Origin: a virus
Taxonomy: Duplodnaviria > Heunggongvirae > Uroviricota > Caudoviricetes
Reading direction: 5' to 3' (one strand)
Virus record (IMG/VR): IMGVR_UViG_3300008110_000029
Length of the DNA: 64,000 nt
This document shows, one piece after another, positions 62,271-64,000 of this stretch. The translations under genes were made by a program, and so were the position numbers. Every line of letters starts with the position of its first letter. Within the stretch, counting starts at the first letter, position 1. The notes under the pieces were generated by a model. It was not told the origin of the DNA. It worked only from the letters and a program-made list of their open reading frames with translations, and made no database searches.

Positions 62271-64000
62271 ATGAACATTACAGTTATTAAAAGAAACGGG
62301 GAGAGAGAGCCACTAATGATTGAAAAGTGGCAGGCACAGGTGGCAAAGGTATGTAAGAGCATTGCTGATGTTAGCCAATCAATGATAGAAATCAAAGCGC
62401 AGTTACACTTTTATGATGGTATTACAACTGAAGAGATTGATAATATTACTCTTAGAGCGATTGTAGATTTAATCGACGTAGAACATAATCCTGATGTAGG
62501 ACATACCAATTATCAGTATGTTGCCGGAAAACAAAGATTATCAATGCTTCGTAAAGACGTATATGGATCTTATGAGGTTCCCCATCTTTATGAAATCGTA
62601 AAGAAAAATATTAAAGTTGGTCTTTATACTTCGGAACTTCTTGAATGGTATTCAGAAGATGATTGGAATAAGATGAATGATATGTTAGATCATTCTAAAG
62701 ATGAAGAATATTCCTATGCTGCTATTGAACAACTAATTGAAAAATATCTAGTGCGTAATCGTGCTACAAAAGAAATATACGAAACTCCTCAAGTTCGTTA
62801 TATGATTGCAGCAGCTACAGTATTTCATAAGGAAGAACCAAATGCTGCCAGAATGCGTTACATAAAGGAATATTATAATGCTGCTAGTGATGGTCTTTTT
62901 ACTCTTGCTACTCCTGTCCTTGCTGGGCTTGGCACTCCGACGAAACAATTTTCTTCTTGCGTTCTCATTAGGTCTGATGATGACCTGGATAGTATATTCG
63001 CTAGTGGCGAGATGATGGCCAAGTATGCCAGCAAACGTGCTGGCATTGGCTTAGAGATTGGACGTTTGCGTCCTTTGGGTAGTCCAATTCGCGGTGGCGA
63101 GATCATGCACACTGGCATGATCCCTTTCCTTAAGAAGTGGTTTGGTGACCTACGCAGTTGCAGTCAAGGAGGTATTCGTAATGCTAGTGCTACAGTTTTT
63201 TATCCTATTTGGCATCATCAGTTTGATGATCTTATCGTCCTTAAGAACAACCAAGGCACAGACGAAACCAGAGTCCGTCATATGGATTATGGGGTTGTGC
63301 TTAGTGCTTTCTTCTGGAGAAGATTTAAAAACAGAGAAAACATAACCTTCTTTGATCCTAATGAAGTACCGGATTTATATGAAGCTTTCTACAGCAATAC
63401 AGAACGCTTTGAAGAATTATATGTTAAATATGAAAAGCAAAAAAGTCTCCGTAAAAAAGTAATGAGTGCTGAAGAGGTATTCAAAGGAGGCATTTTAAAA
63501 GAGCGCACAGACACAGGACGTATCTATCTTGTATTCATTGACAATGTAATGAATCAAGGTCCGTTTGATACAGAGTATCATACCATTTATCAGAGTAACC
63601 TTTGCTGTGAGATCCTATTACCTACGAAACCATTTAAGAGACTCGACGATCCGGAGGGCAGAATTGCTCTTTGCACCCTTGGGTCCATTAACTGGGGTGC
63701 CTTCCGCAATCCTGAAGACATGCGTCGTGCTTGCCGTATATTGCAGCGTAGTCTTTGCAATATATTGGATTATCAAGATTTTCTAAGTATACAATCTGAG
63801 TTAAGCAATCAAGAAATACAACCGTTGGGTATTGGTGTTACTAATCTAGCCTACTGGCATGCTAAACGTAGTTTGAAATACGGTGAGAAGGATGCACTAC
63901 AAGAAGTTAAGTCGTGGATGGAACACCAAGCGTTCTATCTTACAGAAGCAACAGTGGATCTTGCTAAGGAAAGAGGCAAATGTTTAGACAGTAACAAAAC
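62271..64000 (+). CDS. nrdA: ribonucleoside-diphosphate reductase class Ia alpha subunit, 5' partial (runs off the window, so absent from the track)
   Basis: manual translation: ATP cone VIKRNG, ATPVLAG, QFSSCV, SQGGIR, QSNLCCEI, IALCTL. Confidence 0.97.
   Translation, partial: MNITVIKRNGEREPLMIEKWQAQVAKVCKSIADVSQSMIEIKAQLHFYDGITTEEIDNITLRAIVDLIDVEHNPDVGHTNYQYVAGKQRLSMLRKDVYGSYEVPHLYEIVKKNIKVGLYTSELLEWYSEDDWNKMNDMLDHSKDEEYSYAAIEQLIEKYLVRNRATKEIYETPQVRYMIAAATVFHKEEPNAARMRYIKEYYNAASDGLFTLATPVLAGLGTPTKQFSSCVLIRSDDDLDSIFASGEMMAKYASKRAGIGLEIGRLRPLGSPIRGGEIMHTGMIPFLKKWFGDLRSCSQGGIRNASATVFYPIWHHQFDDLIVLKNNQGTDETRVRHMDYGVVLSAFFWRRFKNRENITFFDPNEVPDLYEAFYSNTERFEELYVKYEKQKSLRKKVMSAEEVFKGGILKERTDTGRIYLVFIDNVMNQGPFDTEYHTIYQSNLCCEILLPTKPFKRLDDPEGRIALCTLGSINWGAFRNPEDMRRACRILQRSLCNILDYQDFLSIQSELSNQEIQPLGIGVTNLAYWHAKRSLKYGEKDALQEVKSWMEHQAFYLTEATVDLAKERGKCLDSNK

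Noticed and set aside
1-64000. Stop-codon reassignment
   Set aside because: Known enzymes are full length under code 11, and TAA, TAG and TGA all end genes at expected positions
1-64000. Eukaryotic virus or cellular origin suggested by the ubiquitin-like, ALAS, BI-1 and MGME1-like genes
   Set aside because: Sigma70 promoters, SD sites, translational coupling, T4-like primase/helicase and phage tail genes indicate a bacteriophage
62271-64000. Intron or intein in nrdA (also checked in helicase and ligase)
   Set aside because: Reading frames are continuous with expected motif spacing in the visible parts

Overview
A 64-kb segment of a large lytic tailed bacteriophage. The basis is dense short genes, Shine-Dalgarno sites, sigma70 and T4-like late promoter motifs, and T4-like replication genes. 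No capsid, terminase, integrase or rRNA genes are visible here. There are three blocks. (1) 1-10.5 kb, AT-rich and mostly + strand: a 192-aa DnaE-like polymerase core, primase, carbamoyltransferase, DnaB/gp41-like helicase, nucleotidyltransferase and a Bax inhibitor-1/YccA protein. (2) 11-33 kb, GC-richer and all - strand: about 55 small early genes driven by about 27 near-consensus sigma70 promoters, plus a MoxR AAA/VWA pair, a second AAA ATPase, a chimeric tRNA-like gene, a glycosyltransferase and a cytidylyltransferase. This block is flanked by repeat-rich non-coding tracts. (3) 33-64 kb: tail and head-associated genes mixed with DNA ligase, HNH nucleases, FkbM methyltransferase, epimerase, ClpP, 5-aminolevulinate synthase, fatty-acid desaturase, nuclease, exonuclease and the 5' part of nrdA. 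The most striking unexplained signals are: islands almost devoid of GA/TC dinucleotides (857 nt with no GA on the + strand); promoters inside those islands whose -10 hexamer is exactly the loop of an 11-bp perfect inverted repeat; a strand-biased 11-mer GCAGCGGGGCC (7 copies); a eukaryote-like ubiquitin-fold gene; a compact multi-hairpin candidate ncRNA; and a family of proteins with T4 capsid-targeting-like leaders. All product calls come from motif recognition by eye and recalled family knowledge. No database searches were run and all counts are manual.
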